Shown here piece by piece: positions 50,040 through 62,700 of a DNA stretch of 64,000 nucleotides; positions within the stretch are counted from its first letter, which is position 1, and each line of letters opens with the position of its first letter. Source of the stretch: Hypanus sabinus (lineage: Eukaryota); NCBI RefSeq assembly GCF_030144855.1, contig NC_082721.1:82708001-82772000 (forward strand), in the 5' to 3' direction. The translations under genes were made by a program, and so were the position numbers. The notes below the pieces were generated by a model. The model ran no database searches, was not told the origin of the DNA, and was given only the letters and a program-made list of their open reading frames with translations.

Positions 50040-50970
50040 ACTCCGGTGATTGCAGCTGCGGGAACCTGGAACAACAAACTCAGCGGGTCGGTCGCTTCTG
50101 TGTCGGGAAATTGAACTGACGGCGTTTCCAGAGGAGACCTTGCATCAGGCGCGTTATGGTGACTGGTCAGACTGTTATATCGGAAGGAAGTACAGGAACT
50201 CGGGTTGTGTGCACTTTGGTGGCTGTTGCAGTTTCACACAAAGATACGGAGTTGTAAACGGAGCCAAAAACGGACCCGCGGTCAGACTCAGCCCAGCGCA
50301 CACCAGTGATCGAGTGTAGAGAGTACTGAGAGAATAGTGACCAGGGACTGAGAAACGGAATGAAAATGCTTCTGACCTAAAGAGTAAAATTATGAGATAT
50401 ATTCTTAAATTTAAATTGAATTCCTGAATCATGCAACTATTTTGCTCGGTGCCTAGTTTTCATTTCTATCTTCCTCGTCATTCTTCAGCGGAATTCAAGT
50501 TAACGTAAAGTTTATGTTTTGCCAAAAAGAATTTTGCCGAGGAAATTGGAAACGAGATACGGTCCATGTCCGCTCAGTAGCGCACAATCCGAGATATACA
50601 GTTAGTATGTACAGTTACTCTCTAACGCTGCGTGACTCCACGCAAATATATTGATCATATTTAAAACAAGTTTACCTACCTGCTACCACGAAGAGGAAAG
50701 CGACAAGGGAAATCGACCTGAAATACATAATAATCAAATCTCGAACGAAAACCTGAAACGAATTTATTAACCTAAGTCCCGAAATCAACGCGAAGAGCCA
50801 GTACTGGTCTGTTTGGCGCTTCGAGCGATGTAAGAGGTGGCAGCGCTTCCGGGCCGTGACTAGGGATCTTTATTAACATTCATACTTCTACAGTTGTTGC
50901 ATAACTACCGATCGACTATGAAAATAGGGTTCATGGTCAGCAAACAGGACCGACGGGTGAATGAACGGTG
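50040..50970. promoter_or_regulatory. CpG-rich promoter region of the ICAM-like gene, possibly bidirectional
   Basis: dense CpG compared with the flanks, non-repetitive, contains exon 1 and an ETS-type cttccgg at 50846-50852. Confidence 0.6.
50680..50728 (-). CDS. Exon 1, signal peptide MYFRSISLVAFLFVVA
   Basis: ATG with A at -3, hydrophobic core, donor G|gtaggt, phase 1 matches exon 2; lies in a CpG-rich region. Confidence 0.8.
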
Positions 50971-51139
50971 AGAGTTTGGGATATTCAGTGAGATCAGGTC
51001 TTATTGGTTGCATATCCACGCCTCCCAAAATCAACTTTTGCACAGCGTGTTATGTTCAAAGTGCACAGAAGAGAACTTGGTTTAAAATGTGTAATGTTAC
51101 AGGTTTCACTCGTGTTTGTAGAATTCTTCAGCGCAAAAA

Positions 51140-51330
51140 CAGGCATTCCGACCCATCTAGTCCATGCAGAACTGACCTTCTGCCAAGGCCCATTGATGTG
51201 CACCCGGACCACAGCCCTCCATACCTCATTTATCCAGCTATCTACCCAATTTTCTCTTACAATGTTACAAATGAGCCTGCAACCACAACAGCCTCTGGTA
51301 GCTCGTTCCACACTCACACCACTGGAAAAT
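51140..51330 (-). mobile_element. CR1 3' tail
   Basis: cctctggtagctcgttccacactcacaccact block. Confidence 0.55.
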
Positions 51331-51394
51331 TGGAAATGTTTCTCCGCTACATAAGAAGGGTGGGAGGCAGCAGAACGGAAATTATAGACATGTT

Positions 51395-52400
51395 TGCCTG
51401 ACATCAGTGGTTGGGAAGTTGTTGGAATCGATTGTTAGGGATGAGATTACACATACCTGGAGGGACATGACAAGATAGGTCAAAGTCAGCACAGTTTCCT
51501 GAAAGGAAAATCCTGCCTGACAAACCTACTGCAATTATTTGAGGAAAATACATGCAGGGCAGACAAAAGAGATGCAGTAGACCTGATGGACTTGGATTTT
51601 CAGAAGGGCTTTGACAAGGTGCCACACATGAGGCTGCTTAGCAAGATAAGAGCCCAGGGAATTACAGGGAAGTTACTAGCATGGGTGGAGCATCGGCTGA
51701 TCGGCAGAAAACAGAGAGTGGGAATAAAGGGATCCGATTCTGGCTGGCTGCCGGTTACCAGTGGAGTTCTACAGGCGTTGGGACCGCAGCTTTTTACGAT
51801 GTATGTCAATGATTTGGACATTGGGATTAATGGATCTGTGGCTAAATATGCCGATGATACAAAGATAGGTGGAGGAGCGGGTAGTGTTGAGGAATCAGAG
51901 AGCCTGCAGAGAGACTTAGATAGTTTAGGGGAATGGGCAAAGAAGTGGCAAATTAAATACAATGCTGGAAAGTGTATGGTCATGCACTTTTGTGGAAGAA
52001 ATAAATGAACAGACTATTATTTAGATGAGGAGAGAATTCAAAATGCAGAGTTGCAAAGAGACTTGGGAGTCCTTGTGCAAGATACACTAAAAGTTAACCT
52101 CCAGGTTGAGTCGGTTGTGAAGAAGTCGAATGCAATGCTGGCATTCATTTTTAGAGTTATAGAATACAAGAGCTGGGATGTGATGTTGAGGCTCTATAAG
52201 GCACTCGTGAGACCAAACTTGGAGTATTGTGTGCAATTTTGGACTCCTTATTTCAGAAAGGATATACAGACATTGGAGAGGGTTCAGAGAAGATGAATCC
52301 CGGAATGAAAGGGTTACCGTATGAGGAATATCTGGCAGCTCTTGGGCTGTATTCCCTGGAGTTCAGGAGAATGGGGGGGGGGGGGGAATCTCATAGAAAT
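51395..52400 (+). mobile_element. CR1 RT fragment, same subfamily as 47200-48230
   Basis: ORFs 51586-52008 and 52051-52296 align visibly with ORF2 at 47400-48200. Confidence 0.85.
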
Positions 52401-55400
52401 TTCTTCGGCAGTTTGAACGGGGCACGACTGCGCAAGCGCGTGAAAGTTGGCCCGTGAGACAGCGAGAGAGTTTGAAAAGTGAACAGATTAACGGATTGGG
52501 CAATATAGTAGCGGGCGGTTTTGGCTCGAGAGGCTTCGACGAGCAGAGTCTGAGGACGAGTTTGCTCCCATTCAGGTGGGGCTGGGTCAGCTCCTTTAAT
52601 TAATCTAATTAGTTTAGGAGTAGGTAATGAAGCCAGCAGTTAGGACAGTCGAGTGCTCCATTTCCAGTCTGTGGGAAGTCACGGCGAGCACAATTGCCCC
52701 TGATTACTACACCTGTTAAAGGTGCATCCAGCTGGAGCTCCTGACAAACTGAGTTAGGGAACTGGAACTGGAGCTGGAGCTGGAGCTGGATGAACTTTGG
52801 ATCATTCGGGAGGCGGAAGCAGAAATAAACAAGAATTACAGGGAGCTAGTCACCCCTAAGAGTCAGGAGACAGGTAGCCAGGTGACTGACAGGAGAGGGA
52901 AGGGGATTAGACAGAATGAGCAGAGAACCCATGTGGCCATTCCCATCAATAATATGTATACTGTTTTGGATACCGTTGGTGGGGATGATCTACCAGGGAC
53001 AAGTTGCTGTGGTTGCGTCTCTGGCACTGAGACTGGACCCTCAGCTCAGAAGGGAAGGAGGGAAAAGAGGAGAGCAGTAGTGAGAGGGGATTCGATAGTT
53101 AGGGGGACAGATAAGAGGTTCTGTGGAAGAGATCAAGAATGCTGAATGGTCTATTGCCGCTCTGGTGCCAGGGTCTGCGATATCTCAGAACGAGTTCTCA
53201 GTATTCTCAAGAGGGAGGGTGAGCAGCCAGATGTCGTGGTCCATGTAGGGACCAATGACGTGGATAGGAAGAAGGAGGAGGTCCTGCAAAGAGAGTTTAG
53301 GGAGTTAGGTGCAAAGTTGAAGAACAGGACCTCCAGGGTTGCAATCTCAGGATTGCTACCAGTGCCGCATACTACTGAGTCTAGAAATAGGCAGATAATG
53401 CAGCTAAATATGTGGCTAAGGATTTGGTGCAGGAGGGAGGGCTTCATGTTCCCGGACAATTGGGCCTTGTTCCAGGGAAGATGGGACCTGTTCCAATGGG
53501 ACGGGTTGCACCTGAACTGGAGGTGATGGGTTGCAACCTGAACCTAATATCCTCGTGGAAACTAGAGAGAGTGTTAGAGCAGACAGTGAGGTGGAGGAGG
53601 ATAAAGGTCATGCAAGAGCTGCAAGTCTAGTGCATGGAGTACATAGGCATCCGTTAGTCTCGTGAGACCATGGATTTGGAAGGTATTTTTCCAGGGCACA
53701 GGCCTGGGCAGGGTTGTATGGGAGACCGGCAGTTGCCCAAGCTGCAGGCCTTCCCATCTCCACGCCACCGAAGTTGTCCAAGGGAAGGGTATTAGGACCC
53801 AAGCAGCTTGGCTCCGGTGTTGCTGCAGAGCAATGTGTTGTTAAGTGCCTTGCTCAAGGACACACACACAGACTCAGCTAAGGCTCGAACCAGTGACCTT
53901 ATCCACTAGGCCACACGCCAACATGGCATGGAGTAAAGCCAGATCTAACATATAGAGGCTTTGAGGAAAGAGAAAAAGAATAAAGGGTGTAAAGGTAGTA
54001 AGGTAGAAGGGCTAAAGTGTGTGTTTACTTTAATGCAAAAAGCATCAGGAACAAAGGTGATGAACTGAGAGCTTGGATACATACATGGAATTATGATACA
54101 GTGGCCATTATGGAGACCTGGCTGGCACCAGGGCAGGAATAGATTCTCAATGTTCCTGGATTTCAATGTTTTAAAAGGGATAGAGAGGGGGGAAAAGGGG
54201 AGGAGGGGTGGCATTACTGGTCAGGGATACTATTACAGCTACAGAAAGGGTAGGTAATGTAACAGGATCTGCTTTTGAGTCAGTATAGGTAGAAGTTAGG
54301 AACAGGAAGGGAGCAGTTACTCTATTGGGAGTATTCTATAGGCCCCCTGGTAGCAGCAGAGATACCCAGGAGCAGATTGGGAGGCAGATTTTGGAAAGGT
54401 GCAAAAATAACAGGGTTGTTATCATGGGTGACTTTTACTTCCCGAATATTGATTGGCACCTGATTAGTTCCAATGGTTTAGATGGGGCAGAGTTTGTTAA
54501 GTGAGTCCAGGACGGGTTCATGTTACAGTATGTTGACAGACCGACTGGGGGAATGCCATACTAGGTCTAGTATTAGGTAACGATCTGGGTCAGGACACAG
54601 ATCTCTCAGTGGGTGAGCATCTGGGGGACAGTGACCACCGGTCCCTGGCCTTTTGCATTATCATGGAAAAGGATAGAATCAGAGAGGACAGGAAAATTTT
54701 TAATTGAAGAAGGGCAAATTATGAGACTATAAGGCTATAACTTGCGGGTGTGAATTGGGATGATGTTTTTGCAGGGTAATGTATTATAGACACATGGTCG
54801 ATGTTTAGGGATCGTTTGCAGTATGTTAGGGATAAATTTGTCCCGGTGAGGAAGATAAAGAATGGTAGGGTGAAGGAACCATGGGTGACGTGAGGTGCAG
54901 AATTTAGTCAAATGGAAGAAGGCAGCATATGTGAGGTTTAGGAAGCAAGGATCAGATGAGACTATTGAGGAATACAGGGTAGCAAGAAAGGAACTTAAGA
55001 AGGATCTGAGGAGAGCAAGAAGGGAACATGAGAAGGCCTTGGCAAGTAGGGTAAAGGAAAACCCCATGGCATTCTTCAATAATGTCAAGAACAAAAGGTT
55101 GACAGGAGTGAAGATAGGACCAATTATAGATAAAGGTGGGAAGATGTGCCTGGAGGCTGTGGAAGTGAGCAAGGTTCTCAATTAATACTTCTCTTCGATA
55201 TTCAGCAACGAAAAGGAACTTGATGATGGTGAGGACAATATGAGTGAGGTTGATGTTCTGGAGCATGTTGATATTAAGGGAGAGGAGGTGTTGGAGTTGT
55301 TAAAATACATTAGGATGGATAAGTCCCCGGGGCCTGACGGCATATTCCACAGGCTGCTTCATGAGGCAAGGGAAAAGATTGATGAGCCTCTGGCTAGGAT

Positions 55401-56855
55401 ATTTATGTCCTCGTTGTCCACAGGAATGGTACCGGAGGATTGGAGGGAGGCGAATGTTGTCCCCTTGTTCAGAAAAGGTAGTAGGGATAGTCTGGGTAAT
55501 TATAGACCAGTGAGCCTTATGTCTGTGGTGGGAAAGCTGTTGGAAAAGATTCTTAGAGATAGGATCTATGGGCATTTAGAGAATCATGGTCTGAACAGGG
55601 AAAGTCAGAAAGGCTTTGTGAAGGGCAGATCATGTCTAAGAAGCCTGATAGAGTTCTTTGAGGAGGTGACCAGGCATATAGATGAAGGTAGTACAGTGGA
55701 TGTGATCTACATGGATTGTAGTAAGGCATTTGACAAGGTACCAAACGGTAGGCTTATTGAGAAAGTCAGAAGGCATGGGATCCAGGGAAGTTTGGCCAGG
55801 TAGATTCAGAATTGGCTTGCCAGAAGAACTCAGGGGGTCATGGTGGAGGGAGTACATTCAGATTGGAGGGTTGTGACTAGTGTTGTCCCACAAGGATCAG
55901 TTCTGGGACCTCTACTTTTCGTTATTTTTATTAACGACCTGAATGTGGGGCTAGAAGGATGGGTTGGCAAGTTTACAGATGACACAAAAGGTTGGTGGTG
56001 TTGTGGATACTGTTGAGGATTGTCAAAGATTGCAGAGAGACATTCATAGGATGCAGACGTGGGCTGAAAAGTGGCAGATGGAGTTCAACCCAGAAAAGTG
56101 TGAGGTGGTACACTTTGGAAGGACAAACTCCAAGGTACAAAGTAAATGGCAGGATACTAGGTAGTGTGGTGGAGCAGAGGGATCTGGGGGTACATGTCCA
56201 CAGATCCTTGAAAGTTGCCTCACAGGTAGATAGGGTAGTTATGAAAGCTTATGGAGTGTTAGCTTTCATAAGTCGAGGGATAGAGTTTAAGAGTCATGGG
56301 GTATAATGATGCAGGTCTATAAGACTCTGGTTAAGCCACACTTGGAGTACTGTGTCCAGTTCTGGTTGCCTCACTATAGAAAGGATGTGGAAGCATTGGA
56401 AAGGGAACAGAGGAGATTTACCAGGATGCTGCCTGGTTTAGAGAGTATGCATTATGATCAGAGATTAATGGAGCTAGGGGTTTACTCTCTGGAGAAAAGG
56501 AGGATGAGAGGAGACATGATGGAGGTATACAAGATATTAAGAGGAATAGATAGAGTGGACAGCCAGCACATCTTCCCCAGGGCACCACTGTTCAATACAA
56601 GAGGACATGGCTTTAAGGTAAGGGGTGGAAAGTTCACGGGGGATATTAGAAGAAGGTTTTTTACTCAGAGAGTGCTTGGTGCGTGGAATGCACTGCCTGA
56701 GTCAGTGGTGGAGGCAGATACACTAGTGAAATTTAAGAGACTACTAGACAGGTATATGGAGGAATTTAAGGTGGGGGTTTATATGGGAGGCAGGGTTTAA
56801 AGGTCGGCATAACATTGTGGGCTGAAGGGCCTGTACTGTGCTGTATTGTTCTTTG
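52401..56855 (+). mobile_element. Full-length degenerate CR1: 5' UTR, esterase-type ORF1, ORF2, 3' tail
   Basis: ORF1 ATG at 52627 with a LELELE coiled coil and SGNH blocks GDSIVRG, HVGTNDV, DGLHLN; ORF2 from about 54000 to 56800. Confidence 0.9.
53650..53922 (-). mobile_element. tRNA-derived SINE inserted between CR1 ORF1 and ORF2
   Basis: colinear with 16548-16858. Confidence 0.7.
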
Positions 56856-57729
56856 AATACCTTGCTCTTCTGGAACATGACAAATTGTGAATTGTTCAAA
56901 ATGTGCAGCTTGTTACCATGTATACAGCAGGGCCTGAAGCATATGTTATAAAGGGACCCTGAATTAAAATTAACATTGTGTTTGGATATTATCAGTAATG
57001 TCCAATAAACCAGCAAAGCTATTCATCTGCCATCACCAAATTCCTAAAGGTGCCAAATTATTGGAATATTTACTGGAGTTTCTGTATGCCAGAGGCGGAG
57101 AAGGTGAATGTTTTATACATCAGACAATGTTGTGTGAACCTAGCAAACTGGGTTGTTCTGATGATGTTGGAATTTCTTAATTTCTTTTTCATTAATTTTT
57201 GCAATCTGGGTGCTGTTGGAAAGTCCAGAATTTAATACCTTTTTCTAATTAACCTTGAGAAAGTGTTACAAGACGCCAACTAAGCCGCCGTGAATTTTCA
57301 GATAAAGACATCTATTTCAGATTGAATAGTTGAAGAGAGCAGTGTTTATATATGCCTGCTCCCCTTGTCCATACTGGTACAGGGGTTGCAGTTTTTGGAA
57401 GACGATATTGAAGAAGTCTAGGTGAATTAGTGCAGACAGCACTAATCATGAATGACAGGACAAATAATGAATGAATAGATCATGAACATCTAGTAAACAA
57501 GGAGACAAAAAAGAATTATTTCATTCAGTTTTCTGGATCTGTGGAGGAGCTGTTGTATTAATTTTCTCTAGATCTAGACCAGCAATGCCAGCATTAATTG
57601 TGCTTACGAATGCGGTGTTAAGCCAACTTTTTGAACCGCTGAAGTCCCTCTGGTGAAGATACTCCCTCTGGAGAAGATTCTGTTGAAAAAGTGTTGAGGA
57701 CTTTGACCCAGTAACAATGATATCCCTTC

Positions 57730-57910
57730 CGTGGCCACATTATTAGATGCACCTGTGTACCTGCTTTGTTCATGCAAATATCTGATCACCCAATCATGAG
57801 GCAGCAACTCAATGAATAAAATCATGCAGACATGGTCAAGAGGTTCAGTTGTTGTTCAGAACAAATATCAGAATGGGGAAGAAATGTGTTCTAAGTGACT
57901 CTGACCATTA
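57730..57910 (+). mobile_element. Tc1-like left-end fragment
   Basis: matches 49080-49250. Confidence 0.7.
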
Positions 57911-58859
57911 TTGGTGATTGGCAGGTGGCATCGATATCTTTGAAACCCAGCACAATACAGCTGGTAGAAGTAATACTTCTGTGAGCTGATTGAAGTATAT
58001 TATGGAGATTCTTTGCTGGTATTTTAAATCCATATGCAGTAGTGAAGCAACAGGCATAATGATGGCCAAATAATTAGGCACCCTAAATCTGATATTATTT
58101 AGAAATGAAACCCTTTAAACCTACACTAATTATCAGTGACTCTAATGTCTGCAGGATTAAAAAGTGATCTAATAAAGAAGTACAAATGAATAGCTATCCA
58201 GGGGCCAAATTTGTTCATGTCACCGCTGTCCTGTAGAATGTACATTGTAATTTGAGAATCTATAGCCACAGCTTGAAACAAAACAAAGGTTATCCTCTTT
58301 CTCAGAATAAATTATAAATAGACCACAGAGACTCCAAACAGCTACTAAACAGTCAGAAACCAATACAAAGGGATAGTACTAAATTTCCTGATGTCAGTAT
58401 TTGGGTCTCAGAAATAAACTTTAGCCAGACACTGCCAGAACCAGAGAGGGTAACCAATAAGGCAGCTAAATGATGAGATTAAAACGAAAGCATATTGTCA
58501 ATGTAGAAAGTTATTGAAAATTAGAATTCACTAGATCCATTTGTTCTCCCCTTCAAATTTACCAGACGCTGTATGTCCTTTAAAACCAGAAAGCTATGTC
58601 TAATTAGATTATGCTATATGTTATGTATGGTTCCAAGTGAATTGGTTAATAGGTTCATTATTGTCACATGTACCAAGGCACAGTTAAAAATGTATCTAGA
58701 GTACTGTTCATACAGATCAATCCAATACAACAGTGCATTGAGGTAAAACAATAATGGAGTGGAGAATAAAGTGTTACTGTTACAGAGGTAGGGCAGTACA
58801 GGTTGGCAATAAAGTTCAAGGTCATAGCAAGGTAGACTGTGAGGTTAAGAGTCCATCTT

Positions 58860-59707
58860 GTTCATCCCAATTTGACAAAAGAATAAACCAGGGAAGGTAG
58901 TGCACCCGTGGCTGACAAGGGAAATTAGGGATAGTATCAAGTCCAAAGAAGAAACAAATAAATTAGCAAAAAAAAAAGCAGCACACCTGAGGACTGGGAG
59001 AAATTCAGAGACCAGCAGAGGAGGACAAAGGACTTAATTAGGAAAGGGAAAAAAGATTATGAGAGAAAGTTGGATGGGAACATAAAAACTGACTGTAAAA
59101 GCTTTTATAGATATGTGAAAAGAAAAAGATTGGTTAAGACAAACGTAGGTCTTTTACAGTCAGAAACAGGTGAATTGATCATAGGGAACAAAGACATGGC
59201 AGACCAATTGGATAACTACTTTGGTTCTGTCTTCACTAAGGAGGACATAAATAATCTTATGGAAATAGTACGGGAACGAGGGTCTAGTGAGATGGAGGAA
59301 CTGAGGGAAATACATGGTAGTAGGGAAGTGTTGTTAGGTAAATTGAAGGGATTAAAGGCAGATAAATCCCCAGGGCCAGATGGTCTGCATCCCAGAGTGC
59401 TTAAGGAAGTAGCCCAAGAAATAGTGGATGCATTAGTGATCATTTTTCAAAACTGCTTAGATTCTGGATTAGTTCTTGAGGATTGGAGGGTGGCTAATGT
59501 AAGCCCACTTTTTAAAAAACGAGGGAGAGAAAAACAGGGGAATTATAGACCGCTTAGTCTGACGTCAGTGGTGGGGAAAATGCTAGAGTCGGTTATCAAA
59601 GATGTGATAACAGCACATTTGGAAAGAGGTGAAATCATCGGACAAAGTCAGCATGGATTTGTGAAAGGAAAATCATGTCTGATGAATCTTATAGAATTTT
59701 TTGAAGA
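58860..59707 (+). mobile_element. CR1 ORF2 fragment truncated by the LTR element
   Basis: ORF 59070-59735 (KSPGPDGLHPRVLKE, GNYRPLSLTS). Confidence 0.85.
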
Positions 59708-62700
59708 TGTTCTTATGAAGCATGAACAACTCTGAAGGGCAGAAGGGTACAGAGTTGCCCATGTTCCCCACCACTCCTGGGAGAATCATAAACTGTTACT
59801 GTTACCACGCTGCTAATGAGAGAGAAAGAGAGACAAAGGGAAAACATACTGGGACTGGAACATTTGCTTCAGATAGAGGAGCGATAACACCGGGAGAGAG
59901 AGACTTGTTGTTCCACCATATTATGACTCCTGAAAGACTTATGGCTCCGGAGAGGGTTGTTTACTTGGTACCATTCTGTTCATTAAAATCCCTCAGTGGA
60001 CAGCCGGAGTGGGCTGGTTTGATGGACTAAGCCATTAAAAACTGATTGATACCTGAGACCCCGTGAGTAGGGATAAAAGTGAGGTCTGGGGAGACACCCC
60101 TCAGACACACCAGGAGACACACTCGTGAGCACTGCTTGAGTGTTGGAACCCATGAGAAGGTGTGGGGTATCAGGGACCGAACAAAGGATTGGTCAGTTTA
60201 ACTCAGTGTTTATAGCAGGGCCGGTGGGGGCTGGTGTGTGTGTCCGCCCTTGCCTGGGTGACGAGTCCACCACAGAAGAACGGTCTAGCTGAAGGACAGA
60301 GGGGTCATACCTGAATGGCCACAACACATCAACGGATCAAGAACGTAAAGGAAGGTTTGCCTGACTGTAGCTGTCACTGTTCACTCGCTCTCTTTCTCTC
60401 TCTCTCTCTCCAATGATTAAAACACAAGAACCAACAACTACCTCAGCACATATGAACTGAACTGAACTTTATATTCACATATGACAATTCATTATCCCCT
60501 GGGCATCGATAGAGCTTGTTTATTATTGATTATTATTATACCCACACTTTTAGGTTTACTATTGCTAACATGTATTAGCTATATATTTGCATTGTTGATA
60601 TTAATTTGTATATTTTACTAATGAACACTGTTTAAAAATAGTACCACCAGACTCCAACGGATTCTTCTATCTTTGCTGGTAAGACATCCAGTTATGGGAT
60701 ACGTAACAAACTGGGGGCTCGTCCGGGATTTGATTAAAAAATTAGCCGGCCAGTGAATCGGGCTATAAGTCCATTATTTGATCTGGTTGCATGGGTAACC
60801 AGATGGGAAACCAGCAAGGATGGATATAGACAAATTTTTAGAAAGCCCGACTTTGAAGGTGCTAGAGGATGCCACAAAGACAGACATGGTGAATATTGCG
60901 AAACGATAAAATCTCCCAGAAGTGAAGTTGTCAATGAAAAAGTGGGAGATACAGAGGGCCGTAGCCCAGCACTATATATCGGTGGAGGTGTTTTCGGCTG
61001 GGGTTTTGGATCTGTTCCCTGAGAAGAAACCAGTTGTTGGGGTGGTTCAGTTAGAGTTGGAAAAATTAAGGTTGGACGCGCAACAGAAGAAAAGGGAGTA
61101 TGAGCTCCTGCTAAAGGAGTTGGAGGTGAAAAAGGAGCGGGAAAGAGCTGCCTGGGAGGCACAAAGGGAGAAGGAAAAGGCTGAGTTAGAGGCACAAAGG
61201 GAGTTGGAGGAAAGGGAAAGGAACAGAGATAGGCAGCATGGAGAGGTTAAAGCAACAGGGAAAAGACCGAGGGGAAGGCTCAGTTGAGAAGTTTAATGTT
61301 AGTAGAGAGTTTAGGTTAGTACCTCCGTTCGATGAGAGAGATATTGTTAGTTACTTCTTGCATTTTGAAAAGGTGGCAGTGAATCAGAAGTGGCCCAGAG
61401 ATCAGTGGGTGGCATTGTATTAAAAGGGAAGGCTCAACGGGCATATGCGGCATTGTCCGAGGGGGAGTCTGAGGATTATGAGGAAGTAAAGCAGGCTATC
61501 CTTCCGGCCTACGAGTTGGTACCTGAAGCGTATAGACAAAAGTTCAGAAATTTAAAGAAACTGTGGAATCAGACATATGCAGAGTTTGCCTATGAATCGT
61601 TGGTGTGCTCTTGGATCGTTGGTGTGCTGCAGAAAGCATGGAGGAGGATTTCCATCGTTTCAGAGAGTTAATTCTGATTGAGGAATTTGAAGGTTGTGTT
61701 TCGGATAATATCCGGATGTATCTGAATGAGAAGACGAATAAGTCTATATCAGAATTTGCCAGGTTCGCAGATCAATATGCCCTAACCCACAAGACAAAGA
61801 TTTCCACAAATCAGAGTTACCAGAAAGTCCACCGGCTAAGGTAGAGAATAAGCCGGGAGCTAGTGGTAAAGGTAAGGAGGAGGACCAGCAGGCTGGCAGG
61901 AAGGTTCCTGGCTTGACCTGATATAATTGTGGAAAGGTTGGTCATATTGCATCTAAGTGCTTTGCTCCGAAGAAGGAGGCAGGAAAAGGGAAAACAGCAA
62001 TCCCTACAGGTTGAATTAGCAGATCGATGAGGGAGGCAAAGGAAGATAGAGTACAAGAGGGCCATGAGAAATTTATTTTGGAGGGGACAATGTCTGTGAA
62101 AGAAGGAGAAACCCCAGTTCCAGTGAGAATCTGGTGGGATACTGGGGCTGACCAGTCATTGATCCTAAGTAAGGTGCTAGATTTCAGTCCTGAAACTGGA
62201 GAGGTGGTACTAAGAGGTATAGGAAAAGGGACAGAAGCTGTACCTTTGCACAAGATCATTTTAAAATATGACCTGGTATCTGGACCAGTTGAAGTAGGGG
62301 TGCGGTCAGAATTACTGAGAGACAGCATGGACGTCCTTCTTGGTAACGATTTAGCAGGTGGTGACGTGTGTAAAGCAGTTAAACTGACAAGCAAGCCTGC
62401 GAGTGCTGAGGACACACCCCTAGATTCTAAGATCTATCCCGCATGCGCGATCACTTGCAGCATGTCGAGAAAGGCAGCTAAGAAAGACGACAGTTTATAT
62501 GAGTCCAGTGTTGATTTGGCTGAGACGTTTTTACCAACCCTGTACCAAGAAGGGTTAGGGGATGGTAAAGCGGAGAATAGAGAGGCGAAAGAGAATAAAG
62601 GAGAGGAGGTAGACCTACCCTTAGCAAGGAAAGAATTTATAAAGGAGCAAGGACGTGACGAGGAGCTTGTGGCATTGAGAGAGTCAGTTCTTTCTGAGAC

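Larger units (their letters stand above)
20646..50728 (-). other. ICAM-family cell adhesion gene, 8 coding exons, 6 Ig domains, 624 aa type I membrane protein
   Basis: exons of 49+276+312+294+282+246+291+125 = 1875 nt join in one frame; every intron is GT-AG phase 1; leader, one exon per Ig domain and a joint TM/tail exon match ICAM gene organisation; ortholog not assignable by eye. Confidence 0.9.

Noticed and set aside
50100-50790. NF-kB, ISRE and GAS sites expected for an ICAM promoter
   Set aside because: Only partial matches (gggaaattga, gaaacggaatgaaa, gaaaacctgaaac); none fits the consensus well enough to call
56998-57180. ORF 56998-57180 as a coding exon in the MSNKPAK frame
   Set aside because: No recognisable domain, weak start context, and no in-frame link to the candidate first exon
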